Below are positions 7,094 through 17,188 of a stretch of DNA of 32,000 bases, in pieces (positions within the stretch are counted from its first letter, which is position 1; each line of letters starts with the position of its first letter). The notes below the pieces were generated by a model. That model was not told where the DNA came from. It saw nothing but the letters and a program-made list of their open reading frames with translations, and made no database searches. The stretch covers positions 690,001 through 722,000 of the forward strand of contig NZ_LNTB01000001.1 in NCBI RefSeq assembly GCF_001462395.1. Reading direction: 5' to 3'. The translations under genes were made by a program, and so were the position numbers. The stretch is from Pyrodictium occultum. GTDB lineage: Archaea > Thermoproteota > Thermoprotei_A > Sulfolobales > Pyrodictiaceae.

Positions 7094-8767
7094 ATGGCGC
7101 TTGGCGTACCGGTACTCATACTCAAGGAGGGCACCCAGAGGGTTTACGGGAGGGAGGCTCTCCGCAACAACATACTAGCAGCTAAGGTCCTCGCAGAGGT
7201 GCTGAAGAGCAGCCTCGGGCCCCGAGGACTCGACAAGATGCTCGTCGACAGCTTCGGCGATGTAACCATAACCAACGATGGCGCCACCATACTCAAGGAG
7301 ATGGAGATACAGCACCCCGCCGCCAAGCTAATGGTAGAGGTGGCTAAGGCCCAGGATGCCGAGGTGGGCGACGGCACCACCAGCGCCGTGGTACTGGCAG
7401 GTATGCTTCTCGACAGGGCCGAGAACCTGCTGGACGAGAACATACACCCCACAACCATCATCGAGGGCTACAAGAAGGCCCTCGACTACGCCCTAGGAGA
7501 GCTATCAAAGATAGGCGTAAAGGTCGATGTGAACGACCGCCAGCTCCTCAAGAGGATAGCCTCCACCAGCCTCTACAGCAAGTACGTCGGCAGCGGTGCC
7601 ACCATGGACAAGCTAACCGACATGGCTGTGGAGGCCGTGCTACGCGTAGCCGAGCCCAGGGGCGACGGCACCTACGAGGTGAGGCTGGACAGGGTGAAGA
7701 TAGAGAAGAAGAAGGGCGGTAGCCTGCTCGACAGCCAGCTGGTAGAAGGCATTGTGCTCGATAAGGAGGTTGTGCACCCCGGTATGCCCAAGAGGGTTGA
7801 GAACGCCTACATAGTGCTGCTCGACGCCCCGCTCGAGGTGGAGAAGCCGGAGATAACTGCTAAGATCAACATAACCTCCCCCGACCAGATAAAGGCGTTC
7901 CTCGATGAGGAGGCCAAGCTGCTCCGCGAGATGGTTGACAGGATATACGAGATCGCCGTTGAGAGGATGAAGAGGGATGGCATGGAGCCTGGTAAAGCCG
8001 GCATAGTGGTGATAACCCAGAAGGGCATCGACGAGGTGGCCCAGCACTTCCTAGCCAAGAAGGGCATAATGGCCGTGAGAAGAGTCAAGAGGAGCGACCT
8101 CGAGAAGCTGGAGTACGCCACCGGCGGCAGGATCGTGAGCAGCCTCCGCGACCTGAAGCCCGAGGACCTGGGCTTCGCCAAGCTAGTTGAGGAGAGGAAG
8201 GTCGGCAATGACAAGATGGTGTTCATAGAGGGCTGCCCCAACCCCAAGGCGGTGACTATACTGCTACGCGGCGCTAACGACATGGTGCTGGATGAGGCCG
8301 AGAGAAGCCTGAATGACGCGCTGCACGTGCTGAGGAACGTGCTGAGGAAGCCCCTGATCGTGCCCGGCGGCGGCGCGGTCGAAGTGGAGCTGGCTATGAG
8401 GCTTAGGAAATACGCTGAGAGCCTAGGCGGCAAGGAGCAGCTAGCAGTAGAGGCTTACGCCGATGCTCTGGAGGAGATACCTATGGTGCTGGCCGAGAGC
8501 GCCGGCATGGACGCGCTGCAGGCACTCATGGACCTGAGGAGGCTGCACGCTGAGGGCAAGGTCTTCGCCGGCATCGACGCAGTGGAGGGTAAGATAGAGG
8601 AGGACATGACCAAGGTCAATGTGATCGAGCCGATACTAGTGAAGGAGCAGGTGCTGAAGAGCGCTACCGAGGCCGCCACCGCTATACTGAAGATAGATGA
8701 CGTGATCGCCGCTGCGCCCAAGACCGAGGAGAAGAAGGGCAAGAAGGGTAAGGAGGAGGAGGAGTAA
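7094..8767 (+). CDS. thsA: Thermosome subunit (group II chaperonin)
   Basis: [50 protein letters not shown] and VPGGGAVE. The 557-aa product ends in a charged [11 protein letters not shown] tail. The alpha versus beta assignment is not resolved. Confidence 0.97.
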   Translation: MALGVPVLILKEGTQRVYGREALRNNILAAKVLAEVLKSSLGPRGLDKMLVDSFGDVTITNDGATILKEMEIQHPAAKLMVEVAKAQDAEVGDGTTSAVVLAGMLLDRAENLLDENIHPTTIIEGYKKALDYALGELSKIGVKVDVNDRQLLKRIASTSLYSKYVGSGATMDKLTDMAVEAVLRVAEPRGDGTYEVRLDRVKIEKKKGGSLLDSQLVEGIVLDKEVVHPGMPKRVENAYIVLLDAPLEVEKPEITAKINITSPDQIKAFLDEEAKLLREMVDRIYEIAVERMKRDGMEPGKAGIVVITQKGIDEVAQHFLAKKGIMAVRRVKRSDLEKLEYATGGRIVSSLRDLKPEDLGFAKLVEERKVGNDKMVFIEGCPNPKAVTILLRGANDMVLDEAERSLNDALHVLRNVLRKPLIVPGGGAVEVELAMRLRKYAESLGGKEQLAVEAYADALEEIPMVLAESAGMDALQALMDLRRLHAEGKVFAGIDAVEGKIEEDMTKVNVIEPILVKEQVLKSATEAATAILKIDDVIAAAPKTEEKKGKKGKEEEE

Positions 8768-8802
8768 CCTCCCAGACCTCAGAGGCTGGATACAGCCAAA
8801 TC

Positions 8803-8812
8803 CTATTTTTAC
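8803..8812 (+). terminator. Oligo-T tract (CTATTTTTAC), likely the thermosome transcription terminator
   Basis: A T5 run at 8806-8810, about 40 nt after the stop codon. Archaeal RNAP terminates at oligo-T tracts. Confidence 0.4.
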
Positions 8813-8924
8813 ATTAGTTCCGGGCTTCTCTGCGTTGCTGCACGCCGCCTCTTAATACTTCCAGGCACATGTGCTCACATCGCCAGGGGCTTAGGCGCAC
8901 TATCTCGCTTTATACCTCCCGTGT

Positions 8925-9266
8925 ATGCACGCAGACGTCTCCCCGGGGGCGGGAGTTTTGGCTGCCTCAGAGGCGAGTGTAAGCGAGCTTAGGAAGAAGA
9001 TTAAGATAGGGCCGCCATGGCTTACGAGGTTCGAGAGGGCACGTGTGATAGGGGTCAGGGCCCTGCAGATAAGCATGGGCGCCCCTGTGCTCATAGACCT
9101 GGAGAGCGAGCCCGAGCATGTCCGGGAGAGCCCGGTGCTCATAGCCAAGAAGGAGGTAGAGGCTGGAATTCTGCCTCTGACTATTATAAGGTATACACGG
9201 CGGGGGGATGCGCAGGCTATACCTCTAAAGTGGCTTGTTGAGCTGGATAAGCTCCGTGTACACTAG
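8925..9266 (+). CDS. rpoK: DNA-directed RNA polymerase subunit K (Rpb6 homologue). The N terminus is possibly shorter.
   Basis: LTRFERARVIGVRALQISMGAPVLID and ESPVLIAKKEVEAGILPLTIIR are the conserved RpoK/Rpb6 core. Confidence 0.85.
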   Translation: MHADVSPGAGVLAASEASVSELRKKIKIGPPWLTRFERARVIGVRALQISMGAPVLIDLESEPEHVRESPVLIAKKEVEAGILPLTIIRYTRRGDAQAIPLKWLVELDKLRVH

Positions 9267-9414
9267 GGATGCTCTTCCTCCTTTCTCTGGGCCCTAAGCG
9301 CCCCTTCGCTGCTGCAACCTCCCTGCTAGGGGTGTGTCCTAGCGTGGCTGTGGGTGAGTGGCCGGCGTGCCTCCGCGGCGGAGTCTACGGCGCGGTGCAA
9401 AGCAGAGCTGTCCT

Positions 9415-11457
9415 ATGGGCCGTGGGTATGTGCTGGTAGTTGCAGAGAAGCCTAAGGCTGCGCGCAAGATAGCAGAGGCGCTTGCCGATGGGTCTGGCGC
9501 GAGACTCTGCCGCTCTGGCCGGATCCCCTTCTGGATGGTCTACTGGGCTGGCCGCCTACACGTTATCGCGCCGGCCGCCGGGCATCTTTATGGCCTCACT
9601 ACAGATGAGCATGGGTTCCCTGTGTTCAGCTACTACTGGGTGCCGCTATGGCGCATTGACAGGGGGGCCTCTCACACTAGGCAGTTTCTCGATGTGCTGG
9701 GGAGGCTCGCAACCAGCGCGGCAATATTCGTGAATGCCTGCGACTATGATATAGAGGGCAGCGTCATAGGCTACATGGTTATAAAGAATGTTGGGGATGT
9801 TGGGAGGGCCTACAGGGCTAAATTCAGTGCGCTGACCCGGCAGGACGTGAGGAGGGCCTTTAGGAAGCTTGACCCCCTAGACTGGGATATGATTGAGGCA
9901 GGGCTGGCCAGGCATGAGCTAGACTGGCTGTGGGGTATTAACGTCAGCAGAGCGCTCATGGACGCTGTCAAACTCGTCACCGGCAGGCGCGTGGTGCTTA
10001 GTGCCGGGCGCGTCCAATCGCCCACGCTCATAGAGGCCGTGTCCAGGGACAAGGAGATCAAGCTTCACGTGCCCCTGCCAAGGTTTGCGGTGCGCGTCAC
10101 AGTAGAGGTCGGCGGCCGGAGCTATACTGGCACGCTCGCAGCATACGAGGAGAGGCGTGCAGCCGAGGCCGCGGCAGAGAGGCTGAGGAGGAATAGGGTG
10201 CTCCGTGTGGAGCACTACCGGGAGTGGATGGAGAGGCTGCAGCCGCCTTACCCCTTCAATCTAGGCGACCTGCAGGCGGAGGCTGCCCGGCTCTTTGGCT
10301 ACAGCCCCATGTTCACTCAGAAGATAGCCGAGCAGCTCTACCTCGAGGGGCTGATAAGCTACCCGAGGACTAACAGCCAGAAAATACCTCCTACAGTAGA
10401 CGTGGCATCTATAGCGAGGAGCCTGGCTAGGCTCAACGAGTACCGGGAGCTCATAGACTACTTGCTGAAGGCCACCCGGGGGCTGTTGAGGCCGCGCAAC
10501 GGACCTAAGGATGACCCCGCACACCCCGCGATACACCCTACGGGGGAGCTGCCCCGGGGGGCCCTCGACAAGGCCGAGCGGAGGATATACGATCTAATAG
10601 TGAGGAGGTTTCTCGCCTCCATGGCGCCTGCAGGGGTGGTTGCTAAGGCTAGCGCTAGACTGGCAGCGCCCGGCATAGGCTCGATGGAGCTGGCGGGCCT
10701 GCGGGTCGAGGAGCCCGGGTGGCTTAGAATATACTACTTCGCAGCGCCCGAGGAGAAGGCTATACCGCGTCTCAAGCCGGGAGGCCTAGTGCCTGTGAAG
10801 AGGGTATCCCTGAGCATCTCATACACAAGCCCCCCAGAACCCTATAGTAAGGCCTCACTCGTTAAGTGGATGGAGAGGGTCGGTATAGGCACCGAGGCCA
10901 CGAGGGCCAGGATTGTGGAGCTCCTCTTTGAACGCGGCTACCTGGAGGCGAGGGGAAGGAGGGTTGAAGCCACCGAGCTGGGCTACGCGGTGGCCGGGGT
11001 TCTCTCAAAATACTTCCCGCAGCTCACAAGCGTGGCTCTGACCAGGCACTTCGAGGAGAGGCTCGAAGCTATTAGAGCTCGTAGAGCTGGCCGCAGGGAG
11101 GTGGTAGAAGAGGCCAAGGCAGTGCTCCGGGAGATGCTGGAAAGGTTCAAAGCTGAGGCTATGAGGGATGCAGGGATGGAGCTTGCAAAAGCACTCGGCT
11201 TGGTCAGACCCGCGAGGAGGTGCGTTATCTGTGGCCGCGAGGCGGTGGCGGATGGCCTTTGCAGCTTCCACCTAGAGGCGGTTAAGAGGCTCGTAAATAT
11301 GTACGGGGAGTGGCGTAGGAGGGCCGGCCTAGGGTGTAGGAAGTTCCTAGAGAGTATTGCTGGGCTCCGTGCAGCAGGGCAGTGGGTGCGCGAGGCCGCG
11401 GAGTACTTTATGAAAAAGGGGGCCTGCCCGCCTGGCCTAGCCGAGTATGAAGCTTAG
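9415..11457 (+). CDS. topA: Type IA DNA topoisomerase (TopA/Topo III-like)
   Basis: Toprim VLVVAEKPKAARKIA and DYDIEGS. The active-site Tyr context is LISYPRTNS. There is a C-terminal Cys/His Zn motif, CVICG...CSFH. ATG 9415 is preferred over the tracked GTG 9358 because the Toprim strand follows it directly. Confidence 0.9.
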   Translation: MGRGYVLVVAEKPKAARKIAEALADGSGARLCRSGRIPFWMVYWAGRLHVIAPAAGHLYGLTTDEHGFPVFSYYWVPLWRIDRGASHTRQFLDVLGRLATSAAIFVNACDYDIEGSVIGYMVIKNVGDVGRAYRAKFSALTRQDVRRAFRKLDPLDWDMIEAGLARHELDWLWGINVSRALMDAVKLVTGRRVVLSAGRVQSPTLIEAVSRDKEIKLHVPLPRFAVRVTVEVGGRSYTGTLAAYEERRAAEAAAERLRRNRVLRVEHYREWMERLQPPYPFNLGDLQAEAARLFGYSPMFTQKIAEQLYLEGLISYPRTNSQKIPPTVDVASIARSLARLNEYRELIDYLLKATRGLLRPRNGPKDDPAHPAIHPTGELPRGALDKAERRIYDLIVRRFLASMAPAGVVAKASARLAAPGIGSMELAGLRVEEPGWLRIYYFAAPEEKAIPRLKPGGLVPVKRVSLSISYTSPPEPYSKASLVKWMERVGIGTEATRARIVELLFERGYLEARGRRVEATELGYAVAGVLSKYFPQLTSVALTRHFEERLEAIRARRAGRREVVEEAKAVLREMLERFKAEAMRDAGMELAKALGLVRPARRCVICGREAVADGLCSFHLEAVKRLVNMYGEWRRRAGLGCRKFLESIAGLRAAGQWVREAAEYFMKKGACPPGLAEYEA

Positions 11458-11943
11458 AAGCCCAAGGTAGGGTATGCGGAGCGGTGCACTGACCCTCCTG
11501 CCATCTATGTTCAGGCTGACCTGGCATACTACTCCGACAACATCGCTGTAGCTTACTCCCGTCCAGGGCTGAAGCCCCATGGTGGCATCATCTACCGGGT
11601 TGTTATCGCCCTTGGTTATGTAGCAGAGGGGTCTGCAGCCGGGGCCTTTCTCTATCTTCACAACCCGATGGATTACCAGTTCTCCGCGGAGGCTGTGGTA
11701 TACTATTATGTCGCCTATCTTTATATCGGTTGGCGGGGGCTTGTGTATGACCACTATATCACCGTTGTATAGAGTCGGCAGCATGCTGTAGCCCTCGACG
11801 ACCACAAAGGGCGATGATATCCCTAGCCGAGAGCCCAGACCGGCACGCAGCAGTACAGCAATAGCTACAACTGCTACTATGACTGCTACAGTCTTCATCT
11901 CCTCGCTGTAAGGGTTCAAACGGCCGGCGGGCATAGCAGACAT
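11437..11943 (-). CDS. Signal peptidase I, archaeal/eukaryal Sec11 type (S26B)
   Basis: N-terminal TM helix, then EGYSMLPTL (catalytic Ser), VIHRVV (His) and TKGDNNPVDD boxes. Confidence 0.75.
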   Translation of the reverse strand: MSAMPAGRLNPYSEEMKTVAVIVAVVAIAVLLRAGLGSRLGISSPFVVVEGYSMLPTLYNGDIVVIHKPPPTDIKIGDIIVYHSLRGELVIHRVVKIEKGPGCRPLCYITKGDNNPVDDATMGLQPWTGVSYSDVVGVVCQVSLNIDGRRVSAPLRIPYLGLLSFILG

Positions 11944-11975
11944 CCCTTAACGAGTTATAATGGGATAGCTAGCTC

Positions 11976-12296
11976 TCACTCCTCGTCGATGTCGTCTATG
12001 TCGATTTCTATCACTTCGCCCCTTCTCTCCTCCTTCTCGCCCGTTATAGAGGCCTTTGCACCCTTACCGGACTCTAGCTCGACCTCGCTGCCACCCACCT
12101 TTATCTTGGAGACTACTGCCCTCCACCGATACCCGCAGTTAGGGCAGACGAAGCTACCCATGACGGTTATTGTTACACGGCCCTTGGAGTCGGGGAAGGG
12201 CGATACAAGCTGCCAGGTTTTCACCGGCTCTGTTCTTGTACCACACTTGGGGCAGACATATGGGTCTCTTTTCTTCCTAGCCACAGCCACCACCAT
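11976..12296 (-). CDS. Zn-ribbon protein with an acidic tail, function unknown
   Basis: Two CPxCG knuckles (CPKCG, CPNCG) 35 residues apart. The C terminus is EVIEIDIDDIDEE. Confidence 0.55.
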   Translation of the reverse strand: MVVAVARKKRDPYVCPKCGTRTEPVKTWQLVSPFPDSKGRVTITVMGSFVCPNCGYRWRAVVSKIKVGGSEVELESGKGAKASITGEKEERRGEVIEIDIDDIDEE

Positions 12297-12363
12297 GCAT
12301 CTCTGTATTACCGTTGCTAGTCACGCGGCATGGCGTCTAATAACGGCACTGCAGCAGGCCCCT

Positions 12364-13218
12364 TTAGATTACTGGCTTAAACCTTATTGCTGGCGACAAC
12401 TCCGCCAGTCCACGGTATAGGTTATCTATTATGGCGTTCACTGTTGCAGGCCTAGGCTCGGCACCCATTGTTGGGATACGCACCTCTAGCTTAATCCTAT
12501 CACTCGAGGCGCTTAGAACCGTTATGACTACGTCTTGAGGCCTTGTGGCGAGCCTGCTCTCTGCCAGAATGGTCCTGATAGCCTTCTCTATATATTCTAT
12601 AGGGCTCCCACGCTCAATCTCAGGCTTGTTCACCTCAACCTCTAGTGTGACCACGCTCTGTATGCTGGTAAGCTGGGTAACCGGCTCGCTAACCATTATG
12701 TGGTTGGGTATGAATACTATCTTCCCACTGAGGGTCCTAATGCGCGTGTACAAAGGACTTGTTTCTATTATCTTGCCCTTTATCCCCAGCCTTGGCAGCT
12801 CTATCAGGGAAGCTCCTCTGAAGCTCTGTTTAGATATCAGCATGACGTAGTAGGCTGATATGTCCGCTATTATATTCCAGTTCGACAGGAATACAACGAT
12901 GAGCAGGGCTACTAGGGTGTATATTACCGCTGGCGCACTGGTAAACATGTACACTATGATTATCGCTGTAGTCACATATGTTATGAGCGCTATAAGCTTG
13001 TAGATACGCTCCGAGAGGACGCTGGGCAGTATCTCGCGCCTTTGGAGCCTTGAAAGTATAGACTTCACTAGCCTGAGGAACAAGTAGACTATGACAAATA
13101 CGATTATGACCTCTATCAGTGGAGGTATTAGCTTCGTCCTCACAATGATTACTGTCTTTCCGAGGAAGTTAGTCACGTTATTAACGGAGAATGCTTCTGC
13201 CGTAGTATTGGTGGCCAA
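12364..13218 (-). CDS. Small-conductance mechanosensitive channel family protein (MscS-like)
   Basis: Three to four N-terminal TM helices are followed by a beta domain, GIKGKIIETSPLYTRIRTLSGKIVFIPNHIMVSEPV, typical of MscS. Confidence 0.7.
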   Translation of the reverse strand: MATNTTAEAFSVNNVTNFLGKTVIIVRTKLIPPLIEVIIVFVIVYLFLRLVKSILSRLQRREILPSVLSERIYKLIALITYVTTAIIIVYMFTSAPAVIYTLVALLIVVFLSNWNIIADISAYYVMLISKQSFRGASLIELPRLGIKGKIIETSPLYTRIRTLSGKIVFIPNHIMVSEPVTQLTSIQSVVTLEVEVNKPEIERGSPIEYIEKAIRTILAESRLATRPQDVVITVLSASSDRIKLEVRIPTMGAEPRPATVNAIIDNLYRGLAELSPAIRFKPVI

Positions 13219-13263
13219 GGCAGGGCTCCACCCCTAACCTGGACCCATGCAGTGCAGATCCTT

Positions 13264-13923
13264 CTACCTAAAGGCTTCCAGAAATTCCTCTATCACATCA
13301 TCACGTACTAGTGCAATTATCTGGAAGCCTGCCTCGAGGCGAAGCACCTCGCCCGGATCATGGAACTCCTCGCCATCGAATACTGCTAGTATCTTGACCC
13401 CGCTGCGTGGATACTTGACCTCGTCGAGTAGCTGGCCCTCCACGCTGCTGCCCTCTGCTATGGTTATCGTTACTAGCCGGAAGCCTCCCACGTATACCGG
13501 GACCAGCTCTACCACGTTGTACTTGCCCTCAATTACCCCCTCTACTATTGAGCCTATTACGCGGGGCTCTACTATTACATGCTCCGCTATTCCTATCCTT
13601 GAGAGTATCTGGGCTATTCTGCTGTCCCTAACCTTCACTATTACCCTCGGTACTCCATAGTCTCTGGCTATCAGTGCTGCGAAGAGGTTTACCTCATCCC
13701 TGTTAGTGGCCGCCACGACGACATCGATGTTAGCTATGTTTACCTCATCGTAGGTCGATGGGTCCGTGGCGTCCCTAGCATATGATGCCACGTCCGCCTC
13801 CTCCGCAACCTCCCTGGCCTTTTTCTCGTCTTTGTCGATTACTATTATTTCATGTCCCTTCTCGGATAGCCTCTTGGCTAGAAGCGAGCCAAGCTTACCA
13901 GCGCCAATAATTAGTATTCGCAT
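13264..13923 (-). CDS. trkA: TrkA-type K+ transport regulatory protein (RCK: TrkA-N plus TrkA-C)
   Basis: Rossmann motif MRILIIGAGKLGSLLAKRL...VIDKD, followed by a C-terminal TrkA-C-like domain. Confidence 0.85.
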   Translation of the reverse strand: MRILIIGAGKLGSLLAKRLSEKGHEIIVIDKDEKKAREVAEEADVASYARDATDPSTYDEVNIANIDVVVAATNRDEVNLFAALIARDYGVPRVIVKVRDSRIAQILSRIGIAEHVIVEPRVIGSIVEGVIEGKYNVVELVPVYVGGFRLVTITIAEGSSVEGQLLDEVKYPRSGVKILAVFDGEEFHDPGEVLRLEAGFQIIALVRDDVIEEFLEAFR

Positions 13924-13965
13924 CCCCTAGGAGCCCCTGGGCCGGCTTGGAGGGGGGTGCGGTAT

Positions 13966-15315
13966 ATGGGTTTGCCAGCAGAGCTTTACGGAGACTTTGT
14001 AATAGAGGATGTGCGTGCAAGGATGATTCTCGACTCCCGCGGCAACCCTACAGTTGAAGCCGAGGTTGTTACAAGGGGTGGTGGTTTCGGCCGGGCTGCT
14101 GCACCTGCAGGAGCATCTAAGGGATCCCATGAGGCTCTGGAGCTCAGGGATGAAGGCAAGGCGTTCAAAGGGAAGGGTGTCAGCCGGGCTGTGTATAATA
14201 TCAATAGTGTGATTGCTCCACGTCTACGAGGCCTTGACTCTAGGCATCAGAGACTGATAGATTCCCTAATGTGCCAGCTTGATGGCACTCCCAACAAGTC
14301 TAGGCTTGGAGCCAACGCTATTGTTGCAGTATCGCTTGCGGTAGCTAAGGCCGCCGCAGACACTGCAAGCGTACCCCTTTACGAGTACATCGGGGGAGTA
14401 GGAGGTACTTTCATCCTACCCGTCCCCCTCCTAAACATAATTAATGGCGGCGCTCATGCGGGTAATGAGCTCAGCTTCCAGGAGTTCATGATCATGCCTG
14501 TTGGCGCTGACACGTTTAGTGATGCTATCAGGATTGCGGTAGAGGTGTACCATACTCTGAAAGGAGTGCTCAAGGAGAAGTATGGAGCTATGGCCGTCAA
14601 TGTCGGCGATGAGGGAGGCTATGCACCCCCTATGAAGAAGAACAGGGAGGCTCTTGATGCCTTGATCAAGGCCATCTCTAAGGCAGGCTATACCCCCGGC
14701 CAGGAGGTCCTGCTCGCTCTTGATGCTGCTGCCTCCCACTTCTACGATAAGAGTAGGAACGCGTACATAGTTGATGGGGAGCAGCTTAGTAGAGAGGAGC
14801 TACTAGAATACTACATGAGGCTTGTAGATGAGTACCCTATAGCCTCTATAGAGGATCCCTTCTACGAGGAAGACTTCGAGGCTCATGCTGAGCTTACGAG
14901 CCGTATCGGAAACCGGGTTGCTATAGTAGGGGACGACCTATATGTCACTAACCTGGAGAGGCTGAGGAAAGGTGTAGAGATGCGTGCTACCAATGCGGCA
15001 CTGCTCAAGGTTAACCAGATAGGTACTCTCACAGAAGCCATGGATTATGCACGCGCCGCCGCGGCTAGCGGCATGAAGGTTATCGTGAGCCACCGCAGCG
15101 GCGAGACAGAGGATACGGCAATAGCCCATATAGCTGTGGGCATGAGAACCGGGTTTATCAAGACAGGTGCACCGGCAAGGGGTGAGAGGACTGCCAAGTA
15201 CAACGAGCTGTTGAGAATAGAGGAGGAGCTAGCGGGCGACGCAGTGTATGCTGGGAGGCTGGCACTCCGCGGACTTATCTACTTCTACACTGCGAGGGGT
15301 ATCCTACAAGCCTAG
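13966..15315 (+). CDS. eno: Enolase (phosphopyruvate hydratase)
   Basis: ILDSRGNPTVEAEV, GDDLYVTN, VNQIGTLTEA and SHRSGETED signatures. ATG 13966 is preferred over GTG 13957 because the SD-like GGAGGGGGG ends at 13956. Confidence 0.95.
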   Translation: MGLPAELYGDFVIEDVRARMILDSRGNPTVEAEVVTRGGGFGRAAAPAGASKGSHEALELRDEGKAFKGKGVSRAVYNINSVIAPRLRGLDSRHQRLIDSLMCQLDGTPNKSRLGANAIVAVSLAVAKAAADTASVPLYEYIGGVGGTFILPVPLLNIINGGAHAGNELSFQEFMIMPVGADTFSDAIRIAVEVYHTLKGVLKEKYGAMAVNVGDEGGYAPPMKKNREALDALIKAISKAGYTPGQEVLLALDAAASHFYDKSRNAYIVDGEQLSREELLEYYMRLVDEYPIASIEDPFYEEDFEAHAELTSRIGNRVAIVGDDLYVTNLERLRKGVEMRATNAALLKVNQIGTLTEAMDYARAAAASGMKVIVSHRSGETEDTAIAHIAVGMRTGFIKTGAPARGERTAKYNELLRIEEELAGDAVYAGRLALRGLIYFYTARGILQA

Positions 15316-15336
15316 GGCCGGGAGGCGCCGAGGATT

Positions 15337-15918
15337 GTGGCCCGGGGAAGGCTGGTACTTGTAGCGACGGCTAAACCCTGGCATCTTCAGCCGGCTGAAG
15401 AAGAGATAGGCGACGCCCTCATAAGATATGATAATAACGTAACGTTGGAGAGAGAAGAGGTGGCACCCCTCCTATATGTCTTCTCCACTAGACTCTCACC
15501 TTTCGACGCCTTTAAGATTGTTGTGAGGGAGCCACCAGCCTATGTAGAACGTGTCGTACCCGCCGAGCTCATTATCGGCGTGAAGGTGGAGGTTGAGGAC
15601 AAGAGGGGCCTCCGGAGCCTCGTGGAAGCCCTTGTGGTGCTTCTCGAGAAGCGCGGCGTGGACTCTATCAGAGTTGAGGCTAAGCCTAGGGGATTCTTCC
15701 TTCTGGGAGGTGATGAGAAGAGGTGGAGCCGTGAAGTAGGACGCCTGGTCAGCGGGATGGCGGGGGTTAGGGTGCTCCGAAAGGCGCCCTGGAGCATTAA
15801 GCTTGAGGATACCCGATACGGGGTTGTCGCAGCCCTCATGAGGAATCTATGGGATAGAATGCGGCTGTGGAGGTATCGCAGGCTGGGCATTGAAGGCGAG
15901 GAAGAGAGTAAAAGGTAG
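15337..15918 (+). CDS. Hypothetical protein, possibly a stand-alone THUMP-like RNA-binding domain
   Basis: The pattern LVLVATAKP...EEEIGDAL...VERVVPA...RVEAKPRG...WSIKLED...GVVAAL resembles THUMP-only proteins. This is a weak call made without a profile search. Confidence 0.35.
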   Translation: MARGRLVLVATAKPWHLQPAEEEIGDALIRYDNNVTLEREEVAPLLYVFSTRLSPFDAFKIVVREPPAYVERVVPAELIIGVKVEVEDKRGLRSLVEALVVLLEKRGVDSIRVEAKPRGFFLLGGDEKRWSREVGRLVSGMAGVRVLRKAPWSIKLEDTRYGVVAALMRNLWDRMRLWRYRRLGIEGEEESKR

Positions 15919-15952
15919 TACAGCGGGCCCCCTACATGGGTAGGCTGAAACT

Positions 15953-17188
15953 ATGCCTACTGCACGTGACATAATCGAAAGTGTCTTGGAGCATCCCTCG
16001 GTGTTCAAGAGCAAGGAGAAGCTGTATCCAGAGTACGTGCCAGCCTATCTACCCCATCGAGAGGATCAGCTAAAGAGCCTGGCAACATACTTTCGTCCAC
16101 TGCTGCTAGAGCCGGGCGCCATCTCGCAGCGTGTACTCCTCGTCGGGAGCATAGGTACGGGGAAGAGCGCGACGGCTAGAAGGTTTGGAAGCGATTTCAA
16201 ACACCTTGCCAGGCAGAGGGGCATAAAACTCGAGTATGTGCATGTAAACTGTCACCGAGACCGCACGCTCTACTTTGTCGTGCAGGAGATAGCCAGGCAG
16301 CTCCACATACCTATCCCGCCACGCGGCCTCTCGGCCCAGGAGATGTTCCAGATTATACTGAAGCACCTCGAGAACCGGGACACCTATGTTATAATCACCC
16401 TTGACGAGTTCGACTACTTCATAGAGGTTGCTGGGAACGACGCAGTGTACTTCCTCATACGCACCTACGACGAGCACCCAGAGCTGACCAAGCGGATAAG
16501 CTACATATTCATTACCAGAGGGCTGACAAGCCTCAGCAGGCTGGACTCCGCTACAGAGAGCTACCTGGTCAGAAACGTTATACACTTCAAACCATACACC
16601 AGCTCGGAGCTCTTCGACATATTGAAGTATAGGAGTGTCGAGGCCTTCTACGAGGGTACTGTAAGCGACGATGTACTCAGCTACATAGCCGAAATCGTTG
16701 GAGTAGACACCGGCGGGAGTGGTAACGCTAGACTCGCCCTCGAGATACTAATGCTCGCCGGCACAGAAGCCGACGACGAGGGCTCCCCCATGCTCACCAT
16801 AGAGCACGTGAGGAAGGCGTTTGCCAAGACAAACCCTAACCTATCAATAATGATAAACGACGTTATAAGGCACTTGCCCCTCCATGAGCTCCTGATACTG
16901 CTCGCCGCGATAAGGGTGCTTAGACGCTCCTCCGAGGCCTATGCAAGGATAGGCGAAGTTGAGGAGGAGTATCAGCGCGTCTGCGAGGAGATAGGCGAGA
17001 AGCCGAGGAGACATACCCAGGTCTACGAGTACATCATGGATCTAAAGAAGAGGGGCGTTGTGGACGCACGTGTATCCGGTAAGGGCTACCGGGGGAAGAG
17101 CACTCTCATAGGCATAAGCGTCGGCCCTCTCGAGCTCCTCGAGAAGCATGTAGCGGAGATAATAGAGTACAAGAGGGAGGGTGAATGA
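15953..17188 (+). CDS. cdc6: Orc1/Cdc6 replication initiator
   Basis: N-terminal YVPAYLPHREDQL, Walker A GSIGTGKSA, Walker B ITLDEFD and a C-terminal winged helix. Confidence 0.93.
   Translation: MPTARDIIESVLEHPSVFKSKEKLYPEYVPAYLPHREDQLKSLATYFRPLLLEPGAISQRVLLVGSIGTGKSATARRFGSDFKHLARQRGIKLEYVHVNCHRDRTLYFVVQEIARQLHIPIPPRGLSAQEMFQIILKHLENRDTYVIITLDEFDYFIEVAGNDAVYFLIRTYDEHPELTKRISYIFITRGLTSLSRLDSATESYLVRNVIHFKPYTSSELFDILKYRSVEAFYEGTVSDDVLSYIAEIVGVDTGGSGNARLALEILMLAGTEADDEGSPMLTIEHVRKAFAKTNPNLSIMINDVIRHLPLHELLILLAAIRVLRRSSEAYARIGEVEEEYQRVCEEIGEKPRRHTQVYEYIMDLKKRGVVDARVSGKGYRGKSTLIGISVGPLELLEKHVAEIIEYKREGE

Noticed and set aside
7807-8433. A 208-aa antisense ORF inside the thermosome gene. Similar antisense or offset ORFs occur at 7144-7461, 8455-8742, 19553-20131, 23037-23450 and 25703-26278.
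   Set aside because: These are Ser/Leu/Ala-rich shadow ORFs opposite or offset to strongly supported conserved genes. That is typical of GC-rich genomes, and none carries a motif.
8865-8874. A perfect 10-bp palindrome, GCACATGTGC, upstream of rpoK
   Set aside because: About 30 perfect 10-bp palindromes are expected by chance in 32 kb, and there is no repeat copy or supporting context.
9358-9414. N-terminal extensions in tracked ORFs: topA from GTG 9358, the NTase from ATG 31495, eno from GTG 13957
   Set aside because: Internal ATGs fall directly before the conserved N-terminal domain elements and have better SD or TATA spacing. The extensions are Arg/Cys/Pro-rich and unlike the protein families.
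11901-11925. GGGTTCAAACGG, which resembles a tRNA T-loop
   Set aside because: The flanking bases cannot form a T stem or acceptor stem, and the sequence lies inside the signal peptidase coding region.
15936-15974. A 12-codon upstream ORF (MGRLKLCLLHVT) starting in the CTACATGGG motif and overlapping the cdc6 start
   Set aside because: It is out of frame with cdc6 and has no SD. A similar 6-codon ORF follows the 5635 copy. These are more likely by-products of an ATG inside a DNA motif than real uORFs.
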